From Bacteroidia bacterium (GTDB lineage Bacteria > Bacteroidota > Bacteroidia > JABEUT01): 64,000 bases of DNA. The translations under genes were made by a program, and so were the position numbers. Where the stretch lies: the NCBI GenBank assembly GCA_052325425.1, contig JBKQUY010000034.1:25-64024 (forward strand). The letters run 5' to 3'. Below, piece after piece: positions 6,922 through 17,689 of this stretch (position 1 is the stretch's first letter; each line of letters starts with the position of its first letter). The notes under the pieces were generated by a model. It saw only the letters and a program-made list of their open reading frames with translations. It searched no databases and was not told the DNA's origin.

Positions 6922-8418
6922 ATGAAAAAGTACAAAGAATATAGCTCGAAGCTGGCACGGATTGCGGATTTAGAATATTCACTTGCAGTGATGGGCTGGG
7001 ACCAGGAAACCTATATGCCCGAAAAAGGAGCGGGGTTCCGGGCGCAGCAGACATCTACCTTATCAGGTATAGCGCATGGCATGTCCATAGATAAGGAATT
7101 GGGTGACCTGCTTAAAAAACTGCACAAGAAAAAAGGACTCGATAAAAAGCAAAAGCGCAACATAGAAGAAAGCCTTAAAGATTATAAGCAAAGCAAAAAA
7201 TATACAACAGCCTTTGTAGAACTGCTTAGCAAAACCACTTCAGAATGTTTCCAGGCATGGCAAAAGGCCAAGAAAGCAAACGATTTTAAAATATTCGCCC
7301 CGCATCTTACTAAAATGGTTGACCTTAAACGCAGGGAAGCCGATATGCTGGGGTATAAGAAGCATCCGTACAACGCCCTGCTCGACCAGCATGAACCCGG
7401 CGCGACAGTGGCTTTTCTTGACGTGCTGTTTAAAGATGTGCGTGAACAATTGGTGGGTTTTGTAAAGAAAATTGCCGCCGCAAAACAAAACGACGATTCA
7501 TTTGCCCGCAAGCATTATCCGAAAGATAAGCAATGGGATTTCGGCATGGACTTGCTAAAACAAATGCACTTCGATTTTGAAGCCGGCAGGCAGGACATCT
7601 CTATACATCCTTTCACCACAAGTTTCAGCCCTTATGATGTCCGCGTTACCACCAAAATAATTGAGAATAACCTGAAATCAATGATATGGTCGTGCATTCA
7701 TGAAGGCGGCCATGGCTTATATGAACAAGGATTACCCGCCTCGCAATATGGACTTCCTTGTGGTGAAGCCATATCACTTGGTATTCATGAATCGCAATCG
7801 AGGATGTGGGAGAACAATATGGGCAGGAGCTTGTCTTATTGGAAAGCCAACTACCCTAAACTGCAAAAATATTTCCCTGAAAACCTTAATAATGTATCGC
7901 TCGAACAATTTTACAAAGGAATAAATTTAGTTAAGCCTTCACCGGTGCGTATAGAGGCTGATGAGGTTACATACCATTTCCATATTCTTGTCCGTTATGA
8001 AATAGAAAAGGCGCTGATGGAAGGAAAGATTAAAGTTGCGGAACTGCCTGAGTACTGGAATGAACAATATAAAAAATACCTCGGTATAAAAATCAATTCA
8101 GATGCTGAAGGCGTGTTGCAGGATATTCACTGGTCGCATGGCAGCATAGGCTATTTCCCGACTTACTCGCTGGGAAGTTTTTACGCCGCGCAATTTTATC
8201 ACCAGGCTAATAAAGATATTAAGGGCCTGCAGCAACACATCGAAAAAGGTAACATGCTTCCTTTATTAAACTGGCTGCGTGAAAAAATTCACAAACATGG
8301 TAAGTTTTATTCGGCAGAGGAGCTATGTAAACATGTAACAGGTGAGAAACTCAATTTCAAATACTTTATGAATTACGCTACGGAAAAGTATTCGGCTATA
8401 TATAACCTTAAAAAATAA
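6922..8418 (+). CDS. Carboxypeptidase Taq-like M32 metallocarboxypeptidase
   Basis: 498 aa. HExxH zinc site IHEGGHGLYEQ plus HESQS and DxRVxxxE M32 signature blocks. Begins 3 nt after the upstream stop, so likely an operon with the DUF423 gene. Confidence 0.85.
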   Translation: MKKYKEYSSKLARIADLEYSLAVMGWDQETYMPEKGAGFRAQQTSTLSGIAHGMSIDKELGDLLKKLHKKKGLDKKQKRNIEESLKDYKQSKKYTTAFVELLSKTTSECFQAWQKAKKANDFKIFAPHLTKMVDLKRREADMLGYKKHPYNALLDQHEPGATVAFLDVLFKDVREQLVGFVKKIAAAKQNDDSFARKHYPKDKQWDFGMDLLKQMHFDFEAGRQDISIHPFTTSFSPYDVRVTTKIIENNLKSMIWSCIHEGGHGLYEQGLPASQYGLPCGEAISLGIHESQSRMWENNMGRSLSYWKANYPKLQKYFPENLNNVSLEQFYKGINLVKPSPVRIEADEVTYHFHILVRYEIEKALMEGKIKVAELPEYWNEQYKKYLGIKINSDAEGVLQDIHWSHGSIGYFPTYSLGSFYAAQFYHQANKDIKGLQQHIEKGNMLPLLNWLREKIHKHGKFYSAEELCKHVTGEKLNFKYFMNYATEKYSAIYNLKK

Positions 8419-8453
8419 CAACTCAAATAATAACGTTTCTAAATTAAATTAAT

Positions 8454-10070
8454 ATGAAGAACATTGGATTAAAAGCGGAATCGGCCAATTTATCTGACCT
8501 TGGGTTTGATGGCGTTGAAACTGTTTACTGGAATTTGAATCCTGCCAAGCTTGTTGAAAAAACTATTCAGCTTGGACAAGGAACATTTAATGATACAGGC
8601 GCCTTGATGGTTGATACCGGTGAGTTTACAGGACGTTCCCCGAAAGATAAGTTTACCGTAAAAGACGCTGTTACAAAAGATACCGTTTGGTGGGGCGATG
8701 TGAACTTTCCTTTCGAACCTGAAAAATTTGCCGCTCTGCGTAAAAAGATGATTGCCTCTGCCAAGGGCAAAACCATATATGTGCACGATGCTTATGTATG
8801 CGCCGACAAAGCTTACAGGGTCAGCGTTCGTGTTATTACCGAAACCCCTTGGGCAAGTTTGTTTGCAACCAATCTTTTTCTCCGCCCGACAACTGAAGAA
8901 CTAAAAACTTTTAAACCGGAATGGCATATAATCTGCCTGCCGGGTTTCAAGGCTGACCCTAAAGCTGACGGAACAAGGCAGCATAACTTTACCATGCTCA
9001 ACTTTACCGATAAGCAGGTAATCATAGGCGGTTCGGCATATACAGGCGAAATAAAAAAATCTATGTTCACCATGCTTAACTATACCCTGCCCATGAAAGG
9101 TGTGTTATCCATGCACTGTTCGGCTAACATTGGCAAGAATGGCGACACCGCTATTTTCTTCGGTCTGTCAGGCACAGGTAAAACAACCCTTTCCGCTGAC
9201 CCTGCACGCGGCCTGATTGGCGATGATGAACATGGCTGGTCAGATAAATCTGTTTTCAACTTTGAAGGCGGATGCTATGCAAAATGCGTAAACCTTTCCA
9301 AAGAAAAAGAACCGCAGATTTATGATGCCATCCGTTTTGGCTCACTTTTAGAAAACACCCGCTGCCATGAAAACACTTCATGTGTTGACTACGATAATAT
9401 TTCAGTTACCGAGAATACCCGTGCCGCATATCCTATACATTATATAGAAAATGCTGTTGAGCCTTCTGTAGCCGGAATACCGCAAAATATATTTTTCCTT
9501 ACCTGCGATGCTTACGGAGTGCTTCCTCCTATATCCAAGCTTACGGTTAACCAGGCTATGTATCACTTTATATCAGGTTACACAGCTAAGGTTGCCGGTA
9601 CCGAAGTAGGCGTTACCGAACCACAGCTGACCTTCTCGGCATGTTTCGGCAAGGCCTTCCTGCCATTGCACCCTATACAATACGCAGACTTGCTTGGCAA
9701 AAAATTGCAACAGCATAAGGTAAACGTATGGCTGGTAAACACAGGCTGGTCAGGTGGCCCTTATGGTGTTGGCAGCAGGATGAAACTCTCCTATACCCGC
9801 GCCATGATAACGGCCGCTCTTAACGGCTCACTGGAAAAAGTGAAATATGAAGTGTTGCCTGTATTCGATTTGCATATACCTGCAACCTGCCCCGATGTTC
9901 CTGCTGAAATACTGAACCCGAGGAACACATGGAAAGACAAGGAAGCTTACGATACAAAGGCAAATGATTTGGCTAAATCATTTGTAAAAAACTTTGAGCA
10001 ATACGCTAACCGTGCAAGTAAAGAGATACTCACTGCGGCTCCTAAAGTTGCTACAAGGGTAACCGCATAG
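8454..10070 (+). CDS. pckA: Phosphoenolpyruvate carboxykinase (ATP)
   Basis: 538 aa. Kinase-1a P-loop GLSGTGKTTLS and PEPCK-ATP blocks (FNFEGGCYAK, IGDDEHGW). Confidence 0.95.
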   Translation: MKNIGLKAESANLSDLGFDGVETVYWNLNPAKLVEKTIQLGQGTFNDTGALMVDTGEFTGRSPKDKFTVKDAVTKDTVWWGDVNFPFEPEKFAALRKKMIASAKGKTIYVHDAYVCADKAYRVSVRVITETPWASLFATNLFLRPTTEELKTFKPEWHIICLPGFKADPKADGTRQHNFTMLNFTDKQVIIGGSAYTGEIKKSMFTMLNYTLPMKGVLSMHCSANIGKNGDTAIFFGLSGTGKTTLSADPARGLIGDDEHGWSDKSVFNFEGGCYAKCVNLSKEKEPQIYDAIRFGSLLENTRCHENTSCVDYDNISVTENTRAAYPIHYIENAVEPSVAGIPQNIFFLTCDAYGVLPPISKLTVNQAMYHFISGYTAKVAGTEVGVTEPQLTFSACFGKAFLPLHPIQYADLLGKKLQQHKVNVWLVNTGWSGGPYGVGSRMKLSYTRAMITAALNGSLEKVKYEVLPVFDLHIPATCPDVPAEILNPRNTWKDKEAYDTKANDLAKSFVKNFEQYANRASKEILTAAPKVATRVTA

Positions 10071-10209
10071 CCCACCCAAACCCTCCCAAAGGGAGGGATT
10101 TAAAAACTATGAGAAAAGGCTGGAGAAATTTCCGGCCTTTTCTATTGTCAAAGAATAACTTTTGGTGCAGGTATTTTCAACCCTCCCTTTGGGAGGGTAG
10201 GATGGGCTT
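10070..10209. repeat. Imperfect 28-bp inverted repeat in the pckA/rodA convergent intergenic region
   Basis: Left arm GCCCACCCAAACCCTCCCAAAGGGAGGG (10070-10097). The reverse complement of the right arm is GCCCATCCTACCCTCCCAAAGGGAGGG (10181-10207). Each arm contains a self-complementary CCCTCCC-NNN-GGGAGGG hairpin. The arms enclose a third hairpin at 10114-10141 plus a T-run. An ORF across this region (10109..10297) is judged spurious. Confidence 0.5.
10114..10143 (+). terminator. Rho-independent terminator for pckA
   Basis: Stem AAAAGGCTGG / CCGGCCTTTT with one G·U pair and an 8-nt loop, followed by TTTTCT. Confidence 0.55.
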
Positions 10210-11475
10210 TTACTTCAGTATCTGCATCCTGTTGGCATCTAAGCGCAAAAAGATAAACAGCAGCAAAGTAAACGACCACAGCGATGAACCGCCGTAGCTC
10301 ATAAAAGGCAATGGAATACCTATTACAGGAATTAGTCCCAGCGTCATACCCACATTTATGGCAATATGTATAAAGAAAATGGATGCCACTCCGTAGCCAT
10401 ATATCCGGCTGAATGATGACCGCTGTCGTTCAGCCAAAATAACTATGCGTACCACTAATACCACAAAAAGAATTACAATAAAGGACGCACCGACAAATCC
10501 CCATTCTTCGCATAAGGTGCAAAAAATAAAATCGGTGGCATGGGCCGGCACATAATTCAGTTTGGTTTGCGTGCCCTGCAAATAACCTTTGCCAAAAAAT
10601 CCGCCTGAACCGATTGCTATCTCAGCCTGGTTAAGATTATACCCCTCTTTGTTTTTATTTACATTATTGCCCAGGAATACGTCAATTCTTTTACGCTGGT
10701 GAGGTTCTAAATGTTTATATGCAAAATCAGTTCCCCACACAATAAGCAATCCGAAAACCAGCGCCCCGCCTACGCGTGTAAGGTCCTTTCTTTTTCTCCG
10801 CGTGAATAAAAGATATGCAAGCAGGGCTATGCCAATAAGTATGCCACTAAGCACAAATTTGCTGCCAACCAATGCAAGAATAAACAACACAACCACAAGG
10901 ACTCCGACTAATAAAATATTGCCCGAAAGGCCTTCACGGTACATTACGAAAATAAACGAAAAATATGTAATAGCAACACCCGTTTCATTTTCCAAAACAA
11001 TAAATAAAATAGGGACAATTATCATAGCTGCTGCCCTGAGGCGTACGGTAACCTTGCTCATCTTGATATTTTCGTTGCTCAGGTATTTTGCCAATCCAAG
11101 ATTTACGGCAAACGAGCCCAATTCTGCCGGTTGTATTCCTACCGACCCTATGCGGAACCATGAATGGCTGCCAGCAATATCCCTTCCCACAAACCTAACA
11201 GCTAACATTAAAAATACAACTATGCCATAAAGAAAATAGGAGAATACGGAAAAGAAGCTTGCCTCGGTCAGCATGACAAGAAAAGCCAGGGCAAAAGCTG
11301 TTGCAAGCCAGATAAACTGTTTACCGTAACGCTGTGAAAAATCGAACAGGTTGGGATGCGTTGCATTATAAACTGCTGAATATATATTCATCCAGCCCAC
11401 CAGGACAAGGATAGCGTATATGGCTATGGTGAACCAATCTATATAAGGAACAATATTACTACGGCGGTCGGTCAT
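10210..11475 (-). CDS. rodA: Rod shape-determining protein RodA (SEDS/FtsW-RodA-SpoVE family)
   Basis: 421 aa, polytopic. It lies last in the mreBCD-mrdA cluster and overlaps the mrdA stop by 4 nt. Confidence 0.85.
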   Translation of the reverse strand: MTDRRSNIVPYIDWFTIAIYAILVLVGWMNIYSAVYNATHPNLFDFSQRYGKQFIWLATAFALAFLVMLTEASFFSVFSYFLYGIVVFLMLAVRFVGRDIAGSHSWFRIGSVGIQPAELGSFAVNLGLAKYLSNENIKMSKVTVRLRAAAMIIVPILFIVLENETGVAITYFSFIFVMYREGLSGNILLVGVLVVVLFILALVGSKFVLSGILIGIALLAYLLFTRRKRKDLTRVGGALVFGLLIVWGTDFAYKHLEPHQRKRIDVFLGNNVNKNKEGYNLNQAEIAIGSGGFFGKGYLQGTQTKLNYVPAHATDFIFCTLCEEWGFVGASFIVILFVVLVVRIVILAERQRSSFSRIYGYGVASIFFIHIAINVGMTLGLIPVIGIPLPFMSYGGSSLWSFTLLLFIFLRLDANRMQILK

Positions 11476-13334
11476 TTTTTATGCTTGTTTTTTGGAGCCG
11501 TTTTTTCCTCTACAAGATAATGCAATAAATCTCCTTCCATTATTCTTTTCTCTACATCCGGCCTTTTAATGGTATCGGTTAAATATTTTTCAACCATTAA
11601 ACTCGCAAGCGGGGCAGCCCATTCAGCGCCCCAGCCACCCCGTTCTATTACAACGCATATAGCTATTTTAGGATGGTCCATTGGAGCAAAGGCTATAAAC
11701 AATGAATTATCGCGGCCATTTGGGTTTTGCGCCGTTCCGGTTTTTCCGCACATTATCACGCCGGGTATTTTACTTGCCGCTGCAGTACCTTCTGCAACTA
11801 CCTCTGACATGCCTTCGACCACTACATCAAAATATTTTGAGTCAATGGGTATATAGTGCCGTGTGGTATATTTTTTCAATGTTGTGTTTTTGTCACCTAT
11901 GGATTTTATAACATGCGGTATATAATAATATCCCCTGTTGGCAATAATGGCAGCTTCATTGGCAAGTTGCAAGGGGGTAAGCAGCATTTCTCCCTGGCCT
12001 ATACCGAGAGAAATAATAGTGAGAGGCTTCCAGTGACCTTTGCCAAAATAACGGTCGTAATAATCAACCGAAGGAACATTTCCTCTCAGCGCGCTGGGCA
12101 GGTCAATATCAAGGCGGGTACCTAATCCAAAACTCATTACATATTTCCTCCATGTTTCAAAAGCTTCTTCAGTGCTGTTGTATTGGCGGTTATTCATAAT
12201 GCTCATGAACACATTGCAGAAATACGTGTTGCATGATTTGGCTATGGCAGGTTCCAGTTGCAGTGTGCCATGCACTGCATCGCAACCAATGGAAATATTT
12301 CCGAGGCGGAAAGCGCCAGGGCAGGTATAAGCTGTGTTTGTGTTTAAAACTCCTTCCTGCTGGCCAATAAGGGCTTCTATAGGTTTAAAGGTTGAGCCCG
12401 GAGGATATGCAGCCATAAGCGCCCGGTTAAATAAAGGAATATCTATGCTGTCCAACACAAGTTTCCCATAGTTATGCGCCCTGATATTACCTACCAGCAG
12501 GTTGGGATCATATTCAGGATTTGAGACCAGTGCAAGCACCTCGCCTGTTGACGGGTCAATAGCTACAATACTGCCTGCTTTATTCTGCATCAGTTGCTCG
12601 CCGTAAGCCTGTAATACCGCATCTATGGTGCAGGTAAGATTTTCGCCGGGAACAGGCAGAGTATCATATTTGCCATTTTTATAATCGCCTACCTCCCTGT
12701 TCATCGCATCAACCACAGTTATTTTTACTCCCTTCTTTCCGCTCAAAGCATCTTCATACGATTCTTCAATTCCGCTTATACCTACATAATCGCCCTCCTT
12801 ATATCTTGGGTCACGCTCGCACAGTTCTTTGCTTACCTCACCAATATACCCTAATAAATGGGGCGCAATTTTCATGGGATATTTTCTCACCGTCCGCACT
12901 TCAGAATAAAAGCCACGGTATTTATACATTTTTTCCTCGAAGGCGGCATAAATTTCAGGTGTAACCTCTTTCATGAATACAGAGGCATGGGTGGCAGTAT
13001 TCAGTGCAATGGCCTTTTTTATCCCGGTTATAAAATCGGCTTTGGTAATTCCCAGATCATTACAGAAGGAATTAGTATCAAAATTTTTTACCTGGTTTGG
13101 TATTACCATAAGGTCGTAAGCGGCCTCATTGGTTACCAATAGTTTTCCGTTCCTGTCTTTTATGCAACCTCTTGGCGGGTATTGGGTTACGTGCCTGAAT
13201 GTTTCATTACTGGCGTCAAGCTTATACTGGTCATCAATGACCTGCATGTAAAAAAGCCTGAAAATATAGGCGACACAGGCAACAGAGAAAATGCCCATTA
13301 TAATATATTTCCGGAGGGCGAATGCGTTATTCAT
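11472..13334 (-). CDS. mrdA: Penicillin-binding protein 2 (peptidoglycan D,D-transpeptidase)
   Basis: 620 aa. N-terminal TM anchor, SxxK (STFKP), SxN and KTGT transpeptidase motifs. Lies between mreD and rodA. Confidence 0.9.
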   Translation of the reverse strand: MNNAFALRKYIIMGIFSVACVAYIFRLFYMQVIDDQYKLDASNETFRHVTQYPPRGCIKDRNGKLLVTNEAAYDLMVIPNQVKNFDTNSFCNDLGITKADFITGIKKAIALNTATHASVFMKEVTPEIYAAFEEKMYKYRGFYSEVRTVRKYPMKIAPHLLGYIGEVSKELCERDPRYKEGDYVGISGIEESYEDALSGKKGVKITVVDAMNREVGDYKNGKYDTLPVPGENLTCTIDAVLQAYGEQLMQNKAGSIVAIDPSTGEVLALVSNPEYDPNLLVGNIRAHNYGKLVLDSIDIPLFNRALMAAYPPGSTFKPIEALIGQQEGVLNTNTAYTCPGAFRLGNISIGCDAVHGTLQLEPAIAKSCNTYFCNVFMSIMNNRQYNSTEEAFETWRKYVMSFGLGTRLDIDLPSALRGNVPSVDYYDRYFGKGHWKPLTIISLGIGQGEMLLTPLQLANEAAIIANRGYYYIPHVIKSIGDKNTTLKKYTTRHYIPIDSKYFDVVVEGMSEVVAEGTAAASKIPGVIMCGKTGTAQNPNGRDNSLFIAFAPMDHPKIAICVVIERGGWGAEWAAPLASLMVEKYLTDTIKRPDVEKRIMEGDLLHYLVEEKTAPKNKHKK

Positions 13335-13843
13335 GTTCTCCTCCTTTGCATGATAAGCTGGCTGAGAATAACCAGGCCAACCGTAGTGATACCACTTATT
13401 ATAACAATACCCAGAGTGCTGAAGAAAGCAGAAAAGGAAAGCGCCTCAAGAAAAAATAAAGTAAAATGATGAATGAAAACGAGGGTTCCCGCATAACTGA
13501 GCATCCAGGGGAGGCCCAGCGATTGCATGGTGGGTTTCGCAGAAGCGTCGTATTCGCCTTTGGGGGCATACATTCCCAGCACCCAGGGCCTGCAATATGC
13601 CATAAACACACAGGCTGCGGCGTTGTATCCCATAGTATTATAAAACATATCTATGGTTAATCCTGCTATAAAAGCCAACATCATTACCAGGGCCTTATCG
13701 GTGCGGATAGGAAGCATAAGTATAAATATTACATACAAAAAAGGATTAATAAACCTGCTTAAATCAATATGCTTTAAAATCAACACCTGTATAAGCATGA
13801 ACACAAAAAAGCGCGCCGTATTTCTTGCCACTTCGTTTATCAT
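13331..13843 (-). CDS. mreD: Rod shape-determining protein MreD
   Basis: 170 aa hydrophobic membrane protein whose 4-nt overlaps with the flanking genes fit the mreC / mrdA arrangement. Confidence 0.7.
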   Translation of the reverse strand: MINEVARNTARFFVFMLIQVLILKHIDLSRFINPFLYVIFILMLPIRTDKALVMMLAFIAGLTIDMFYNTMGYNAAACVFMAYCRPWVLGMYAPKGEYDASAKPTMQSLGLPWMLSYAGTLVFIHHFTLFFLEALSFSAFFSTLGIVIISGITTVGLVILSQLIMQRRRT

Positions 13844-14685
13844 TGCTCACTATTGGCTTTATAAGTATTCTCTTCCAGTTCTGTTCTTTCCTTTTTTAAT
13901 ATATCGCTTACTACATATACGTATCCAAGTTTTTTAAAGTTCGCTGACAACCGCACTTTTATGGTATAAAAATATTGGGTCGGAATAGGCTCCACTTTTT
14001 CCACTACCCCGATTGTAATTCCCTTGGGGTAAATAGTAGAATACCCGCTCGAAATAATTGTATCGCCCACATTAACCTGTTCGCTCATGGGTATTTGCGA
14101 TAACAGGGCATACCGGTAGTCACCGCCTCTCCATGTTATAGTGCCAAAAGCCCCGCCTTTTTTTAACATGGCGCTCAACTGGTAATTTTTATGCAGTAAT
14201 GACATAACTACTGAGTAATGTTCCGACGCATTTACAATCACTCCCACTATACCTGAAGGCGATACTACTCCCATACCTTCCGATACACCCTGCGCTTTAC
14301 CAATATTAAGGGTGAGATAGTTATTTATCTGGCTGGTAGAATTGTCTATGACTTCGGCTGTAATGAAATTAAATTGCTGGCCGTAAGGGTTTGTATGCGG
14401 TACTTTCGAACGCTTTGCTGTATCGGAAACGGCAGAGAGGCTATTATGCAGCCTCATATTCTCATTAGCCAATTGCTCGTTCTCGCTTTTTAAATTAAAG
14501 TAAGATTTAATATTATTGGTGGTTTTGTAAATCGAACCCGAAACAATGTTGGCTGAATTAAAAAAGCCCGCCTGGTGGTAGTAATTATCTTTAAAAACAA
14601 AGTAAAGAGATAAAAATTCCAACACCGCGAAAAGAACTGCAAAATAATGTTTTCTGAAAAATGCAATTATGCCATACATCGGCAA
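13840..14685 (-). CDS. mreC: Rod shape-determining protein MreC
   Basis: 281 aa. N-terminal TM, coiled-coil, and C-terminal beta domains. Lies between mreB and mreD. Confidence 0.8.
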   Translation of the reverse strand: MPMYGIIAFFRKHYFAVLFAVLEFLSLYFVFKDNYYHQAGFFNSANIVSGSIYKTTNNIKSYFNLKSENEQLANENMRLHNSLSAVSDTAKRSKVPHTNPYGQQFNFITAEVIDNSTSQINNYLTLNIGKAQGVSEGMGVVSPSGIVGVIVNASEHYSVVMSLLHKNYQLSAMLKKGGAFGTITWRGGDYRYALLSQIPMSEQVNVGDTIISSGYSTIYPKGITIGVVEKVEPIPTQYFYTIKVRLSANFKKLGYVYVVSDILKKERTELEENTYKANSEQ

Positions 14686-14830
14686 ACACGTTTATAATAT
14701 CGGATATTGAACATGGAATTTCGGGTATTGAAGTGAACAGCCAAATTCAGAATAACAATGTAAGAACACAAAACATTGTGTCAATCTGCTTTGAAATGCA
14801 TTATTCATTGTTCGATATTCAATATATCAG

Positions 14831-15859
14831 TTATGATTTTATGAGGAACGGGAAACGGTGAATATTCTTTAATGCGATTCCGGCTCCCCTTGCCACAGCC
14901 CTGAGCGGGTCTTCAGCAATGTGCACAGGCAGTTTTGTCCTCATCGAAATACGCTTATCTAACCCGCGCAGCATAGAGCCCCCGCCTGCCAGGTAAATAC
15001 CTGTCCTGTATATATCGGCAGAAAGTTCGGGCGGAGTTTTTTCCAATGCCTGTAATATTGCCTCTTCAATTTTTGAGATTGATTTATCAACCGCATGGGC
15101 AATTTCTGAGTATGAAACCTGTATCTCTTTGGGGATACCTGTCATAAGGTCCCTGCCATGAACGGCATAATCGGGCGGGGGATTATCTATTTCTGTCATA
15201 GCGGCGCCTACCTCTATTTTCACGCGCTCTGCGGTACGTTCTCCAATAAGCATATTATGCTGGCGGCGCATATATTCTTCAATATCACCGGTAAACTCAT
15301 CGCCTGCCACACGTATTGAATTATCGCAAACAATGCCGCCAAGCGCTATTACCGCAATATCCGTAGTTCCGCCGCCAATATCCACAATCAGGTTTCCCAT
15401 AGGTTCTTCCACGTCAATACCTATACCTATAGCTGCCGCCATGGGTTCATGCAGCAGGTAAACTTCTTTTCCTCCCGCATGCTCTGCCGAATCCCTTACC
15501 GCACGCTGTTCAACAGGTGTAATACCGGAAGGAATACAAATAACCATGCGAAGGGCCGGTGTAAACCATTTTTTCCCTGAATAAAGCATCCTTACCATTT
15601 CCCGTATCATAGATTCCGCAGCGTTAAAGTCGGCTATAACCCCATCTTTTAAAGGGCGGATGGTTTTAATATTTTCATGTGTCTTGCCATGCATTTGCTG
15701 TGCAATCCTTCCCACCGCAATAACTTTACCCGACATCCTGTCCATTGCCACAATAGAGGGCTCATCTACAACGACCTTGTCGTTATGGATAATGATTGTG
15801 TTGGCGGTTCCAAGGTCAATCGCTATGTCTTGTTGCAGAAAACTGAATAAAGAGGCCAT
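14831..15859 (-). CDS. mreB: Rod shape-determining actin homologue MreB
   Basis: 342 aa. Actin/HSP70-fold motifs DLGTANT, GGGTTDIAV and LAGGGSMLRGLD. Confidence 0.95.
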   Translation of the reverse strand: MASLFSFLQQDIAIDLGTANTIIIHNDKVVVDEPSIVAMDRMSGKVIAVGRIAQQMHGKTHENIKTIRPLKDGVIADFNAAESMIREMVRMLYSGKKWFTPALRMVICIPSGITPVEQRAVRDSAEHAGGKEVYLLHEPMAAAIGIGIDVEEPMGNLIVDIGGGTTDIAVIALGGIVCDNSIRVAGDEFTGDIEEYMRRQHNMLIGERTAERVKIEVGAAMTEIDNPPPDYAVHGRDLMTGIPKEIQVSYSEIAHAVDKSISKIEEAILQALEKTPPELSADIYRTGIYLAGGGSMLRGLDKRISMRTKLPVHIAEDPLRAVARGAGIALKNIHRFPFLIKS

Positions 15860-16015
15860 AGGTTAGTTAAAAGTTTATAAAGTTCTTAAAGTTACAAAGT
15901 CAAAAGAATATTGAATATCGAAATAAAACTATCAGCAAATAGCCGGTGACTAATGGCTCTTTCTTGGCTGTTCACTTCGTCATTCAATATTCCTTGTTCA
16001 GTATTCATTATTCCA

Positions 16016-17542
16016 TCAGTGTTTAAAATGCCTGGTTCCGGTAAATACCATAGCCATATTATTATTATCGCAATACGCAATTGAATCAGCATCTTTTATT
16101 GACCCCCCGGGTTGTATTACAGCGTGTATGCCAGCTTTGTGAGCTATTTCAACACAATCGGGGAATGGGAAAAAAGCATCGGAAGCCATTACCCCGCCCT
16201 TTAAATCGAAACCGAAATTCTTCGCTTTTTCAATGGCTTGTTTCAATGCATCAACCCTTGATGTCTGGCCGGTACCGGCAGCCAGCAATTGCTTGTTTTT
16301 AGCCAATACAATAGTATTCGATTTGATATGTTTTACAATTTTATTTGCAAATTCCATATCTGTCTTTTCCTGCTCTGTGGGCCCGGTTTTTGTTACCTGT
16401 TTCATATCTGCAATCGTATCGGTTTTCCAATCCCTTTCTTGCTCCACCACACCGTTCAATAATGAACGGAAATTCTTTTCAGGGAATGTAAACGGATGTA
16501 ATTTCAACAATATACGATTTTTTTTCTGTTCCAGTATCTCCAAAGCAGCATTTTCAAAGGCCGGGGCTATTAATACTTCGAAAAATAGCTTGTCAATTTC
16601 CTTAGCCGTTTTGGCATCAATAGAAACGTTGGTTATGATAATTCCCCCAAAAGCAGAGAGTGGGTCTCCTGCCAAGGCATCCTTCCATGCCTGCAAAGCA
16701 TCAGGTCGCGAGGCTATTCCACATGAGTTGGTATGCTTGATAACGGCATAAGTGGTTTCTGAGAACTCACTGATAAGATTAATTGCCGAATCAATATCGA
16801 GCAGGTTGTTATAGGATAACTCTTTGCCATGCAACTGGGTAAATACCTTTTCAAGGTCTCCAAAAAAAGAAGCCTTCTGGTGAGGGTTCTCACCATAGCG
16901 CAAAGGTTTGCTATCAGCCATTAGCCGATAGCTATTGGCGGATAGAATATTTCCTGAAAAATAAGCATGAATCTGTGAATCGTAATGCGAACTTACTCCA
17001 AATGCTTTATTTGCCAGTTCCTTGCGTTGGCCTAAAGTTGTTTTGCCTTTTTGCTTGCCAAGGATATCGAGTAATATGGGGTATTCCTGTTTAGATGGAA
17101 TCACCGTAACATGCTTAAAATTTTTTGCCGCGGCCCGGATCAGTGAAATGCCCCCAATGTCAATTTTTTCAATAATATCTTCCTCAGATGCTCCCTTTGT
17201 AACGGTATCTTCAAAAGGATATAAATCTACTATCACCAAATCAATAGGAGGTATCTCATGTTTTTCAAATTCTGCAATGTCGGTTGCCACATCGCGCCTT
17301 CCGAGTATGCCGCCAAATACACGGGGGTGTAATGTTTTAACCCTGCCTCCAAGTATGGAAGGATAGGAGGTGAGATCCTCAACGGGAATAACTTTTACAC
17401 CGAGTGATTCAATATATTTCTGTGTTCCGCCGGTACTGTAAATTACAATTCCCAACTTATCAAGCATTTGAATAATAGGCTCAAGGCCATCCTTATTGAA
17501 GACAGATATGAGTGCGCTTTGTATCAACTTGTCCTGTTCCAT
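16016..17542 (-). CDS. purH: Bifunctional AICAR formyltransferase / IMP cyclohydrolase PurH
   Basis: MGS-like N-terminal domain (ALISVFNKDGL...STGGT) and AICARFT domain. The start is placed at MEQDKLIQSALISV. The ORF is open 7 codons further upstream to 17563. Confidence 0.9.
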   Translation of the reverse strand: MEQDKLIQSALISVFNKDGLEPIIQMLDKLGIVIYSTGGTQKYIESLGVKVIPVEDLTSYPSILGGRVKTLHPRVFGGILGRRDVATDIAEFEKHEIPPIDLVIVDLYPFEDTVTKGASEEDIIEKIDIGGISLIRAAAKNFKHVTVIPSKQEYPILLDILGKQKGKTTLGQRKELANKAFGVSSHYDSQIHAYFSGNILSANSYRLMADSKPLRYGENPHQKASFFGDLEKVFTQLHGKELSYNNLLDIDSAINLISEFSETTYAVIKHTNSCGIASRPDALQAWKDALAGDPLSAFGGIIITNVSIDAKTAKEIDKLFFEVLIAPAFENAALEILEQKKNRILLKLHPFTFPEKNFRSLLNGVVEQERDWKTDTIADMKQVTKTGPTEQEKTDMEFANKIVKHIKSNTIVLAKNKQLLAAGTGQTSRVDALKQAIEKAKNFGFDLKGGVMASDAFFPFPDCVEIAHKAGIHAVIQPGGSIKDADSIAYCDNNNMAMVFTGTRHFKH

Positions 17543-17689
17543 GAATTTTTCTGAATGATGCAAAAGTATTTCTTTTTCATTCGAAAGGTTGCGGGGCGGG
17601 AACTTATTTATTTACATTTGACTAACAATATAGGGGAACTTATTTTTGAAATAATTTAGAGCAATGATTTTTTCGTCCTGCCTGACAAT

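Noticed and set aside
10109-10297. 62-aa plus-strand ORF spanning the inverted-repeat element and the rodA 3' end
   Set aside because: It is made from palindromic terminator DNA and the antisense of rodA, and is not plausible as a gene.
15892-16092. 66-aa minus-strand ORF overlapping the purH 3' end
   Set aside because: It overlaps a confidently assigned gene in another frame and has no features of its own.
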